Shown: positions 28,815-37,840 of the stretch, piece after piece
How the letters are laid out: every line of letters starts with the position of its first letter
How positions within the stretch are numbered: position 1 is the first letter of the stretch
NCBI GenBank assembly: GCA_964344285.1
Contig: CAYFMM010000004.1
Coordinates: 43,347-107,346 of the forward strand
Origin: an uncultured Methanosarcinales archaeon
Lineage (GTDB): Archaea > Nanobdellota > Nanobdellia > Woesearchaeales > GW2011-AR9
DNA: 64,000 bases
Direction: 5' to 3'
The notes under the pieces: generated by a model
Told to the model about the DNA's origin: nothing
Seen by the model: the letters and a program-made list of their open reading frames with translations, nothing else
Database searches by the model: none
Made by a program: the position numbers and the translations under genes

Positions 28815-29848
28815 TCAAAATTTTAAGACTTTTCTTTTTCTCTTAGGGCTAAAGATTCTTAAAATGGTCTCTTGATGCGTTTCAAATTCTTCTTTGCCAA
28901 ATTCTAACTCTTTAAGTCCTCTGTCTTGGAACTCTTCTTGAGCTACGTTATAGGCCCAAGTGAAATATTCATATGCTTCAATCAACTCTCCAACTTCTCT
29001 TGGATCTACTGTGTGTCCTTTACTCTCAAAAAACTTCAACCTTTTTACAACATTTCGGGGAGCTACGGTTAAATCATCTATGGTCTGTTCTAAATCCTTT
29101 TCTGCTGAGCTTCTAATAAGTGTTGTCATTTGATCAAGTAATCCATATTGCATCATTCTCAATTGACCAATCTTAAAAGATTCAACTTTTCTATCTGGAT
29201 CGTAGAAAGAGGTAACTCCATTCCCTCTTAATTCAAAATGCCGCCTTTCTTCTTTCTGGACTGAATTCTTCCCCTCTACTGTTGCTCTCCTATGTGCTCT
29301 AAATTTTCCATTCAACCATCTCTTTAAACTTCCTCCTTCTTCGGATCTGAATTTGTTTAAGATGTATTCAACAGCCCTTTGATGCGTTCCTTCATTTCCA
29401 TAGAGGATTGTTGTTTCATATAGTCTATTTGGAAAGGCAGTTGAGCCTTGGTATGAAGTACAAATTGGGTCTCCAATGGCCCATATTTCTGATCTTTCTA
29501 CCTCATCCATGGAACTAATTCTCTTTGCAACCTCTCTCCATTGGTCATGGTCTTTTTTATCTTCTGGTATTAAAAAAACTTCAATTCTAGAAGTACGATA
29601 CGGTCCTTTTTCTAGGCGACTATCACTCCCTGTAGTAATGATTGCTCCTGTGGGAATATCGCCTATTGCTCTAATGCGTGTCGCAATTTCTCTTTGAAAT
29701 GCAAGATTATTTGATTGTAAGAAATGATAGTACTCTTTAGGGGGTAATCTCTGGGAGAAACATGAAATGGACTCTCCACATATACTGGGATTGTATTACT
29801 GCCTCTTGGGATTACTGTTCTTCTTAGGTGGCTTAAATCTGATCGCAT
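28815..29848 (-). pseudogene. roughly 340-codon gene interrupted by a frameshift (sequencing error, pseudogene or recoding)
   Basis: The ORF-track CDS 28815-29510 stays open on the minus strand for about 95 further codons upstream, to a stop at 29796-29798, with no ATG/GTG/TTG start. A 61-aa ORF (29663-29848) in another frame begins at an ATG and overlaps this open region. Confidence 0.5.
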
Positions 29849-29894
29849 TTTTTATTCACGATGCGCTTTTTATATAAGCTTAATCTAGAAAAAA

Positions 29895-29987
29895 GCCCCT
29901 GGAGGGATTTGAACCCTCGGTCTTTCGCTTATTGCCCGTTATTTATCATAACTCGAGGCGAACGCTCTACCGCTAAGCTACAGAGGC
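29895..29987 (-). tRNA. intron-containing tRNA (anticodon CAU, CGU or CGA depending on the splice junction)
   Basis: Acceptor GCCUCUG/CAGGGGC with discriminator U. D-arm GCUU-AGCGGUA-GAGC. Anticodon stem UUCGC/GCGAA interrupted by about 21-22 nt. Variable loop AGACC. T-arm GAGGG-UUCAAAU-CCCUC. No encoded CCA. Confidence 0.8.
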
Positions 29988-30080
29988 AGTAATGTAAGCT
30001 ATCAAGCAAACTCGTTTGCGCAGATGCACAACGAACACCAAACCGTAATTGGTCGCAAATATCACTAAATCACAAGGGAA

Positions 30081-30245
30081 CTATTCAATTTGCTCTAACA
30101 ACTCTTTCTTTGTCAAAAATTTCTTTTGACACGCAAAACATATGGTATGCTGCTTTGAAGAACCTTCTTTTTTTACAACAGTCCCCTTTAGCTTTCCTAA
30201 AAACAACTCTTTGATCTCGTTTTTACAAATACTGCATTTTGCCAT
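30081..30245 (-). CDS. small CxxC...CxxC zinc-ribbon protein (54 aa)
   Basis: My translation gives MAKCSICKNEIKELFLGKLKGTVVKKEGSSKQHTICFACQKKFLTKKELLEQIE*. Below the ORF-track size cut-off. Confidence 0.35.
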   Translation of the reverse strand: MAKCSICKNEIKELFLGKLKGTVVKKEGSSKQHTICFACQKKFLTKKELLEQIE

Positions 30246-30476
30246 ATACTTTCATATTCTACCTTATTTTTAAAAGTATTGGATTGCAATTTCATAGAGA
30301 AGGAACTTTCTCTTATTCGTGGTATATGTAAGATTAAGGTACTAACTCAGAAACTAAAAGATGAAATGAGGGACGGATGGGGCAACAATTAATACTACTG
30401 GTTGTAGCAAAATTTAAATAAAATGTCTTTTCCTAATTAGTATGCAATTCTTTTTCCAAAAAAACATTATCTTTTT

Positions 30477-31886
30477 TTGTATGACACTTTCCAATTTGAG
30501 GTGAGAAAAGTGTTAGACTACAAAAATGATCCTTTACTGTTGGATAAGAAAACATTCAACGACCTAATTGGAGAAAAGAATGAAAACATTTTATTTCTCG
30601 ATAAAGAGTCTAAAATATTAAATCTTTTTTCTGCTTTTGTAAAAAAAAGTGATTTTATTAAAGATCATAAACTTAATCAACCATTACAAAAGACTGTTTA
30701 TGTCAAGGTAAGTAAAGAACTAATTAGGATTTTGAGAAATCGATGCAACAAAACAAACGATATTCAAAAGTTAATTGAAACTTATACCAAACGAAGAACT
30801 AACTGCAGAGACGCTGTTAACAGATGGTTTGTGTCAGGTATTTTTCCCTTCATTCTCCTTAGGATTTTATCTAAAAATAATACTGAATTTTCAGGTTGGA
30901 TTTCTGAAATAAGATATTTTACAGATTTTCTTGGTAAATCTAAACTCTATTCTCCGAAGACTTTGTCTGAATTGTTAAGTCATAAGCTTGTTTACTTTGT
31001 TGGGTGTTCAGTAGGAGATGGACATATTGATAAAAACGGTAAAAGGTGGGTATTGGTTGATGGAAGCTCTGATCCAAAAAGATTAATTCTTTCAGGAGAA
31101 TTTGTATCAAATTTAAGTAATCTGTTGAGTGATTATATTGATGCATTTAAGATTGTAAAACACAAAACGAAATATGAGTTAAAAGTGAATAATAAATTAT
31201 TTTGTAGGTTTCTAAATTTCTTTTTTGGGCTTCCTTATGGGTCAAAGAAAGAGAAAATATTGAGGGTTCCATTAATCCTAAAATATTCTGGTTCAAACTT
31301 AGAAAAATACTTTTGGAGGGGATGTTTCGATACTGATGGGAGTGCAGTTCGCTCCATTGGTTTTTGTTCTTCTGATAAGAACTTAATTAGTCAGTGTGAT
31401 GATTACCTTAAATCATTGGGAATAAAGGTAAATTTGGGTAAGAAAAACATTAGAATTCCAGTTCCGAGTCTTAAAGAATGGACTTCTATTGGCTTTGCTC
31501 ATCCTAGAAAACAAATAGAATTCTTAACGACACTTAAGAAAGGAGCGAAATTTAAATTACTAAAAATAAAGGAAAAAGACAATGTGCCTTATGCGTTACG
31601 TAGAATTCATAGATTATTACAAGTTGATAGGAACGGATATAGGGTGAGGATTAATTCGTCTGCTTTGAAAGAACAGGAAATACCTGTTCAAAACGTCAAT
31701 GATATCATGAAAAAACTGTTTAACTGTGAGTTTAGACAAGCATCAAATAATCTTTATTACTTTAAATCTAAAAAAGTATATAGCTATTTACGGAGTATTT
31801 TTATATATGAACCTGCTTGGCAAGCAATAAATGATGATGAAGAGGAGCAATTCCTCTGTAATTGGAATGATGTGTGGAGAAAATGA
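30477..31886 (+). CDS. LAGLIDADG-domain protein with about 170-aa N-terminal extension
   Basis: Two LAGLIDADG motifs, 'LVYFVGCSVGDGHI' and 'FWRGCFDTDGSA'. The stop overlaps the ABCE1 start (ATGA). Confidence 0.65.
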   Translation: MYDTFQFEVRKVLDYKNDPLLLDKKTFNDLIGEKNENILFLDKESKILNLFSAFVKKSDFIKDHKLNQPLQKTVYVKVSKELIRILRNRCNKTNDIQKLIETYTKRRTNCRDAVNRWFVSGIFPFILLRILSKNNTEFSGWISEIRYFTDFLGKSKLYSPKTLSELLSHKLVYFVGCSVGDGHIDKNGKRWVLVDGSSDPKRLILSGEFVSNLSNLLSDYIDAFKIVKHKTKYELKVNNKLFCRFLNFFFGLPYGSKKEKILRVPLILKYSGSNLEKYFWRGCFDTDGSAVRSIGFCSSDKNLISQCDDYLKSLGIKVNLGKKNIRIPVPSLKEWTSIGFAHPRKQIEFLTTLKKGAKFKLLKIKEKDNVPYALRRIHRLLQVDRNGYRVRINSSALKEQEIPVQNVNDIMKKLFNCEFRQASNNLYYFKSKKVYSYLRSIFIYEPAWQAINDDEEEQFLCNWNDVWRK

Positions 31887-33652
31887 GAAAGAGAATAGCA
31901 GTTATAGATAGGGATAAGTGTCGACCTACAGCCTGTGGAAATTATTTATGTGCTAAATTATGTCCTGTTAATCGAACGGGGGCTGATTGTATTTTCCCTG
32001 GAGATGATTCTGGCAAAAAAGCTAGGGTTGACGAAATTCTTTGTACTTCGTGTGGGATTTGTGTTAATCGTTGCCCTTATGGCGCAATTACAATTATCAA
32101 CCTTCCAGAATCTCTTAACAAAGCCCCAGTTCATCGTTATGGGCAAAACATGTTTGAGCTCTATTCTTTACCTTCAGTTGTTCCAGGACAAGTAACTGGT
32201 ATTTTAGGTCCCAATGGGATTGGGAAATCCACTGCTCTAAAAATCATGGGAAATCTTCTCAAACCTAACTTGGGAAAATGGGATAACCCTCCAGAGTTCA
32301 AAGAAGTTATTAAATATTTCAAAGGTTCAGAAACACAAAAATTCTTAGAACGACTACAAAAAAATGAAGTCAGTCTATCTTACAAACCACAACAAGTGGA
32401 CTTAATCCCTAAACAATTTAGCGGAAAAGTTTCAGAGCTACTCGCAAAACTTGCAAACAATGACTTAGAAAAAATTCAACAACTCGCGCAAAAATTACAA
32501 TTAACTCATTTTTTAGACAATGATATCTCTTCCATCTCTGGTGGAGAACTCCAACGTGTTGCAATTGCTGCAACTGTCTTAAAAGATGCAAACTTATTTC
32601 TTTTTGACGAACCAACTTCCTATCTAGATATTAAACAAAGAATTCAAACATCAAACTTCTTACGCTCACTGGCAAAAGACAATACCTCTGTAATGATAAT
32701 TGAGCACGACTTGGTAATCTTAGATTACATGACTGATGCACTAAACATCATGTACGGAACAGAAAACGTCTTTGGTGTAGTTTCTGGGATAAAATCAAAC
32801 AGAGAAGGAATTAATGCTTTCTTAGAAGGCTACCTCAGAGAAGAAAACATTCGTTTTAGATCTCATGCAATTAAATTTCAAGGCTCAGACTCAAGCACAG
32901 CTCTTCCTCAACAACTAATTTCATGGCAAAAATTAGAAAAGAAGCTTGGTAATTTCAACTTACAAGCAGAATCTGGTTCTTTGTACAAAAATGAAATCAT
33001 TGGGGTTCTTGGAGAAAACGGAATTGGAAAAACATCTTTTATCAAAATGCTTGCAGGTGTCTTTGATCCTGACTCTGGAGAAATAGACACAAAAATAAAA
33101 GTAGCTCTCAAACCTCAATATCTTGAATCAGAATCAGAACTAACAGTATTAGAATTTCTCACAGAAGCGGTTGCAAAATACTCTAATCAATTAATCAAGC
33201 CACTAGACTTAGAAAAACTCTTCTCATCAAAATTATCTCAACTTTCAGGCGGACAGCTACAACGTGTAGCAATCGCACATTGCCTTGCACAAGATGCAGA
33301 ATTGTTCTTACTAGACGAGCCATCTGCATACTTGGATGTAGAACAACGTCTAATTGTTTCAAAAGTTATCAAAAATGTTGCAAATGAACGTGATGTAACT
33401 GTTCTTGTTGTAGATCACGACTTAATGTTTTTGGATTATCTTTCTAGTAGACTCATTGTGTTTTCTGGACAACCTGCAAAACAAGGATTACTTCAAGGTC
33501 CATTTTCAAAAGAGGAGGGTATGAATAAATTCCTGCAAGAGATAGGAATTACTCTTAGAAGGGATATGCACTCTCATCGCCCAAGAATTAACAAGCCAGG
33601 ATCCGTTAAAGACAGGGAGCAAAAAGAAAGTGGGAGATGGTATTATAATTGA
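31883..33652 (+). CDS. abcE1: ABCE1 (RNase L inhibitor homologue) ribosome-recycling ATPase
   Basis: N-terminal double 4Fe-4S domain (CRPTACGNYLCAKLCP...CTSCGICVNRCP). Two ABC cassettes, each with Walker A, signature LSGGELQR / LSGGQLQR and Walker B. Start set at MRKRIAVID. Confidence 0.9.
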   Translation: MRKRIAVIDRDKCRPTACGNYLCAKLCPVNRTGADCIFPGDDSGKKARVDEILCTSCGICVNRCPYGAITIINLPESLNKAPVHRYGQNMFELYSLPSVVPGQVTGILGPNGIGKSTALKIMGNLLKPNLGKWDNPPEFKEVIKYFKGSETQKFLERLQKNEVSLSYKPQQVDLIPKQFSGKVSELLAKLANNDLEKIQQLAQKLQLTHFLDNDISSISGGELQRVAIAATVLKDANLFLFDEPTSYLDIKQRIQTSNFLRSLAKDNTSVMIIEHDLVILDYMTDALNIMYGTENVFGVVSGIKSNREGINAFLEGYLREENIRFRSHAIKFQGSDSSTALPQQLISWQKLEKKLGNFNLQAESGSLYKNEIIGVLGENGIGKTSFIKMLAGVFDPDSGEIDTKIKVALKPQYLESESELTVLEFLTEAVAKYSNQLIKPLDLEKLFSSKLSQLSGGQLQRVAIAHCLAQDAELFLLDEPSAYLDVEQRLIVSKVIKNVANERDVTVLVVDHDLMFLDYLSSRLIVFSGQPAKQGLLQGPFSKEEGMNKFLQEIGITLRRDMHSHRPRINKPGSVKDREQKESGRWYYN

Positions 33653-33699
33653 GAAAGTCTTCTTTACTTTTCTTATTACCTAGTTTTAATCTTTTCTTG

Positions 33700-35109
33700 C
33701 TATCTCTCAATCACCTTCACAATCCCTTCTATTGCATCCACTTCAACTTCAATTCCATAATCTAATACTTTGGTAGCATTCCCCGTACCTACAATACACG
33801 GGATTCCCATCTCTCTTGAGACAATTGCAGCATGTGATAACATCCCTCCTTCATCCGTTACAATCGCAGCTGCCTTTTGCATTGCCGGCACGTAATCTGG
33901 ATGTGTTACAACAGCAACTAAAATATCTCCTTTCTCAACTTTTAAAATATCATGGATCGTCCGTACAATCACAACTTTTCCTCGCACTTTTCCTTGACAT
34001 GCAACCGTACCTCTTATCTCTTTTTTTATTTCTTCTTCAATTACAAATCCTTGCTCCTTCATCACCTGTTCAAAGTTCTCTTCTACAAGTACGACTTCTT
34101 TACTTTCTTCTTCTCCTTTTTCCTCCTTAAGATATAACATAAACCCTTCTCTCTTACGTTCTCTTCCCCTACTAACATCTATCTCCTTGCCATTCAGAAA
34201 ACCAACAATCTCTTTCTCACTCAGATATGCAATTTCTTTAATCCCTATCTTCATTCTAACTGCAATTTCCCTAAACAATTTTTGAATTAAAAATATCCCC
34301 TGCCTTCTGTAGTCATCTCTTGCATCTTTAATATAACCAAGTTCTTTAATCATCACAAACATCTCAACTTCCTTGGCACTTAATCCACTTCTTACAACAG
34401 CATCAGAAAAACGTAACCTCCCGTTAGCATCATAATTTCCAATCTCTCTAATATTGCTAATATAATCCTTAACTTCTTCCAAACTCCATGGTGTTTTATG
34501 CACATCAAGACATTGAATCCAACTATACTTTGAATGAAAATTTTCGATCTCTTTATCATTCATTCCATTCTCTTTAATCTTTCTTGCTTCTTCTTGCATT
34601 ACAAGTACTGTACTCTTTTTACTTGGTCTAAACAACGTTTTTCTCACTTTATCCTCTTTAATTCCTCTCCTGTCTAAAAGTTCCTTACCCTTATCGGTCC
34701 AATACTCACTCAACAAATGTCCTATCCATGCACCTACACAAGAATACACTAACAGCCTTCTTTGATACTCTACATAAAACTCCTTAAGCTCTGCATTACT
34801 CTTCCCTATTAAATCTTGTTCATTAACCTCTCTGCAAAAATCAACATATTCTTTTCCCAAATTATGGAACGAATTTTGAAACTCAACAAATTTCTCTTTG
34901 CTACTTGTGTACTTCTCAACAATGCCTTCCATTAACAGCTGAAATTCATTCTCTTCCACATAAAAACACTGATTATTATGCTCAGGGATAATAAATGAAA
35001 ACTCAGTACACACAGGTAAAAATTGCCTTACTCTCTTACTCAATGCAAGAAGTGCCATCTGGCAATATTGTACTGAATACTCTCTACTGATAATCTTTTT
35101 CCACTTCAT
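33700..35109 (-). CDS. PEP-utilising-enzyme mobile (swivel His) domain protein with uncharacterised N-terminal domain
   Basis: C-terminus 'GTVACQGKVRGKVVIV...AAIVTDEGGMLSHAAIVSREMGIPCIVGTG' is the PEP-utilisers phospho-His domain. The N-terminal 350 aa are not recognisable as ATP-grasp. Confidence 0.6.
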   Translation of the reverse strand: MKWKKIISREYSVQYCQMALLALSKRVRQFLPVCTEFSFIIPEHNNQCFYVEENEFQLLMEGIVEKYTSSKEKFVEFQNSFHNLGKEYVDFCREVNEQDLIGKSNAELKEFYVEYQRRLLVYSCVGAWIGHLLSEYWTDKGKELLDRRGIKEDKVRKTLFRPSKKSTVLVMQEEARKIKENGMNDKEIENFHSKYSWIQCLDVHKTPWSLEEVKDYISNIREIGNYDANGRLRFSDAVVRSGLSAKEVEMFVMIKELGYIKDARDDYRRQGIFLIQKLFREIAVRMKIGIKEIAYLSEKEIVGFLNGKEIDVSRGRERKREGFMLYLKEEKGEEESKEVVLVEENFEQVMKEQGFVIEEEIKKEIRGTVACQGKVRGKVVIVRTIHDILKVEKGDILVAVVTHPDYVPAMQKAAAIVTDEGGMLSHAAIVSREMGIPCIVGTGNATKVLDYGIEVEVDAIEGIVKVIER

Positions 35110-35228
35110 AGTACATTCGCCTCTAAATTGCTCTTAAATATATGTCAGCCCCCTTAGGGTGTCTTTATGGAAAATTTATTAAAGAATGAATCTAATTCAC
35201 ATTCCAAACACTAATGCTATGAATTACT

Positions 35229-36005
35229 ATGGACTTAACTTCATTAGAATCAATTGGACTTACTACAGGAGAAAGCAAAGTCTATATCTCCTTATTAGAA
35301 CTTGGTCCTAGCAATGTTGGTAAAATCATTAAAAAAGCAAAAATTTCACGTTCCAAAATTTACGACGTTCTTTCTAGGCTTCAACAAAAAGGACTTGTGA
35401 CTTTTGTCAAGGAAGGCAAAATTCAAAAATTCAACGCCTTTCAACCAAAACAACTGACTGAATATATTAACAAACAACAACAAGAGTTAACCCAACGTGA
35501 AGAAACTCTTTTACACCTAATTCCCCAATTAGAAAAGATCACACCACCCTCAAAAAATACATCTGCAGAAATTCTTTTAGGACCAAGGGGAATTAAAGCT
35601 TTTTTTGAAATGTCGCTGCATGAGAACCCAAAAAAAGAAGAAATCTTAATCCTTGGTTATTCAAAAGATGCCAGTCTTTACTATCATGCTTATTTTAGGC
35701 AACATCTTAAAGAGAAATTGAAACTAAAAATTCCCTCTAAAGTTATCTATGATTATGAAACATGGCAACTCAAACAAAGGAATAAAAGAAGATTAGAACA
35801 ACAACGTTATCTCCCTAAAGGCTTCAAGACTCCTGCTTTTATTTACATCTTTGGTAACATCGTAGGCACAATTGTCTTTACAAAACAACAAAAATTATGT
35901 TTTATGGTAAAAAATAAGGAAGTGGCTGATTCTTACAAACAATACTTCAATATGCTTTGGAACCAAGCAATTAAACCCAATTTCTCAAAACTAAATAAAA
36001 ATTAG
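35229..36005 (+). CDS. TrmB-family transcriptional regulator
   Basis: N-terminal wHTH 'LGLTTGESKVYISLLELGPSNVGKIIKKAKISRSKIYDVLSRLQQKGLV' followed by a TrmB-type C-terminal domain. Confidence 0.7.
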   Translation: MDLTSLESIGLTTGESKVYISLLELGPSNVGKIIKKAKISRSKIYDVLSRLQQKGLVTFVKEGKIQKFNAFQPKQLTEYINKQQQELTQREETLLHLIPQLEKITPPSKNTSAEILLGPRGIKAFFEMSLHENPKKEEILILGYSKDASLYYHAYFRQHLKEKLKLKIPSKVIYDYETWQLKQRNKRRLEQQRYLPKGFKTPAFIYIFGNIVGTIVFTKQQKLCFMVKNKEVADSYKQYFNMLWNQAIKPNFSKLNKN

Positions 36006-36023
36006 AAAATAAAGAATAAAAAA

Positions 36024-36536
36024 TTAATGTACTAAAACAATCCCTTCAACAAGTCTTTCGTTCTCTCCAGAGTATCTTGGATTGCCGCGATCTCCGTTAA
36101 GTTCAAATTCATCGCTGTCATGTAGCTCTCGAAAGTCTCGCTCAGCTCCTCGTAATCTTTCTCCGTCTTCACGTTCACCATAAGACGGTATGCTACTTGA
36201 GAAAAAGAACTGGCCTCTCTCATTAAATCTATGTATTGCACTTGCTCCAGGTGGCAGATAAAAATCAACTCCTGCATTAGGGATTACAACAGTGTATGCT
36301 ACATTGTCTGTATTCACCCACTCTACACTGTCACCAGCTAGAATCTCAACAGATGTAGGCATTATTCTAAAATCATTAAATACCATTTGGTACATGCCAT
36401 TTGACAAGCTTGCTTCTTCCATCATTTCATCTTCCACTTCCATGGTCTTTGAAACTTCAGGAGCACAACCTACCACAAAAACAGCCATCACCAAAACTAA
36501 TACTAAAATTACATTTCTCATGGTCAAATCCTCCAT
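36024..36536 (-). CDS. cupredoxin-like (amicyanin/halocyanin-like) lipoprotein
   Basis: Lipobox 'VFVVGCAP'. 'VEILAGDSVEWVNTDNVAYTVV' resembles the first strands of the cupredoxin fold. The canonical His/Cys/His/Met copper ligands are not all evident. Confidence 0.5.
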   Translation of the reverse strand: MEDLTMRNVILVLVLVMAVFVVGCAPEVSKTMEVEDEMMEEASLSNGMYQMVFNDFRIMPTSVEILAGDSVEWVNTDNVAYTVVIPNAGVDFYLPPGASAIHRFNERGQFFFSSSIPSYGEREDGERLRGAERDFRELHDSDEFELNGDRGNPRYSGENERLVEGIVLVH

Positions 36537-36609
36537 ATATGCTTAAAATGAGCTTACTTTAAGAAGGTTATGGGTAAAAACTACTATAAAGCAAGCAACG
36601 TGTAAATTC

Positions 36610-37392
36610 TTAAAATCCAAACAATTTCTTCCAATCATCTCTATATCTCTTGTAAAAGACCCAAGCTGCAACAAAAACCATGGCCAAACTAAACCACTGT
36701 CCTAGACTTAAATTCAAAAAGAGTGAATTTTCACGATAAAAATCAACGATTACTCTACCAAGTCCCTCCCAAAACACAAAGTTCCAAAAAATAAATCCAG
36801 GAGTAAACTCCTTGTGTAACTGCAAAAAAAACAACCAGCCAAAGACAATTGATCTTTTAACAGCTCCATAAATTTGAGAAGGATGACGACACACATCTCC
36901 TGCTCTAGCATCTGCATTTACAAAATTAACACACCAACTTCCATCCCATACTCTGCCCCAAAGCTCACCGTTAATAAAGTTAGCAACCCTACCAAGCATT
37001 AGTGCAAAAATAGCAGGCACACTTAAAACATCAGCAACTTTCCAAAAATTAACTTTCTTACGTTTACAATAATACCATGCTCCAACAACACTCCCAACAA
37101 AACCGCCATGAAAACTCATTCCTCCGTTCCATACTTCAAAAATTCGCAAAGGATTGCCAAAATAATATGCAGGTTCCCAAAAGAACAAAAACAAACGTGC
37201 TCCAACAAGCACCCCTATAATCACATAAAATAACAAGTCCCATACTTGATCCTTACTAAGACCTACTCGTGCCCTATACTTTTGCAACCACCAAATTGCA
37301 AGCAAAAACCCAAGGACATATACTAAACCATACCAATGGATTGCAATTGGCCCTACATTAATTATTACTGGGTCAAGATTGTGTATGTACAT
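36610..37392 (-). CDS. lgt: prolipoprotein diacylglyceryl transferase (Lgt) homologue
   Basis: 'IHWYGLVYVLGF', 'GRVANFINGELWG' and 'RHPSQIYGA' match the Lgt signature motifs. 7-TM protein. Confidence 0.8.
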   Translation of the reverse strand: MYIHNLDPVIINVGPIAIHWYGLVYVLGFLLAIWWLQKYRARVGLSKDQVWDLLFYVIIGVLVGARLFLFFWEPAYYFGNPLRIFEVWNGGMSFHGGFVGSVVGAWYYCKRKKVNFWKVADVLSVPAIFALMLGRVANFINGELWGRVWDGSWCVNFVNADARAGDVCRHPSQIYGAVKRSIVFGWLFFLQLHKEFTPGFIFWNFVFWEGLGRVIVDFYRENSLFLNLSLGQWFSLAMVFVAAWVFYKRYRDDWKKLFGF

Positions 37393-37495
37393 ATAATTAG
37401 AACAAGACTCTTTGCATATAAAGATTTCTTTTTATAAACCAACAGTTTTATATACTAAGTATACTAAAGTCTACTTAAGTTAACTTAAATCTACT

Positions 37496-37840
37496 TTGGA
37501 CTTCCAAAGTATACGTCAGTATACCATGAGCAAAAAAGAGGCAAATCTAACCTGTACTACTAAAATTTCTAAACTAAATCTAGTTAGGATTCAAAAGCTC
37601 AAAAGCTCAGGTTATGAACCAAATGACTATATTTTACAACAAGCTTTACAACTCTTAGAAAAACATAACAAGCCTCTTGGATTTGTCTCAACAAAACAAA
37701 AAATAACTTCTTCTACCAAAATTTCTGCAAAAACTCTCTCTCAAATTCAAAAATTAAAACCATCTGGATATGAACCCAATGACCTAATCATTCACAACGC
37801 GCTTTCTTTACTTGAAAAACAAAGAGGTAAGAAAAAATGA
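37496..37840 (+). CDS. small protein with internal tandem about 40-aa repeat (KLKxSGYEPNDxIxxALxLLEK x2)
   Basis: The repeats are 'KISKLNLVRIQKLKSSGYEPNDYILQQALQLLEK' and 'KISAKTLSQIQKLKPSGYEPNDLIIHNALSLLEK'. The stop overlaps the start of the giant gene (ATGA). Confidence 0.45.
   Translation: MDFQSIRQYTMSKKEANLTCTTKISKLNLVRIQKLKSSGYEPNDYILQQALQLLEKHNKPLGFVSTKQKITSSTKISAKTLSQIQKLKPSGYEPNDLIIHNALSLLEKQRGKKK

Noticed and set aside
29895-29987. Reading the tRNA as tRNA-Ser(CGA) with canonical intron
   Set aside because: The variable loop is only 5 nt. Ser tRNAs are class II with a long extra arm, so the canonical splice position gives an isotype inconsistent with the structure.
30330-30410. 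Possible third copy of the A/B element motif (GAGGGACGGAUGGGGCAACAAUUAAU)
   Set aside because: Only a partial resemblance to GUCGAGGGACACGGUGCAGUAAUU. There is no flanking terminal helix, no ACAACGAU hairpin and no GC-rich island. It is more likely the promoter/leader of the 30477 gene.
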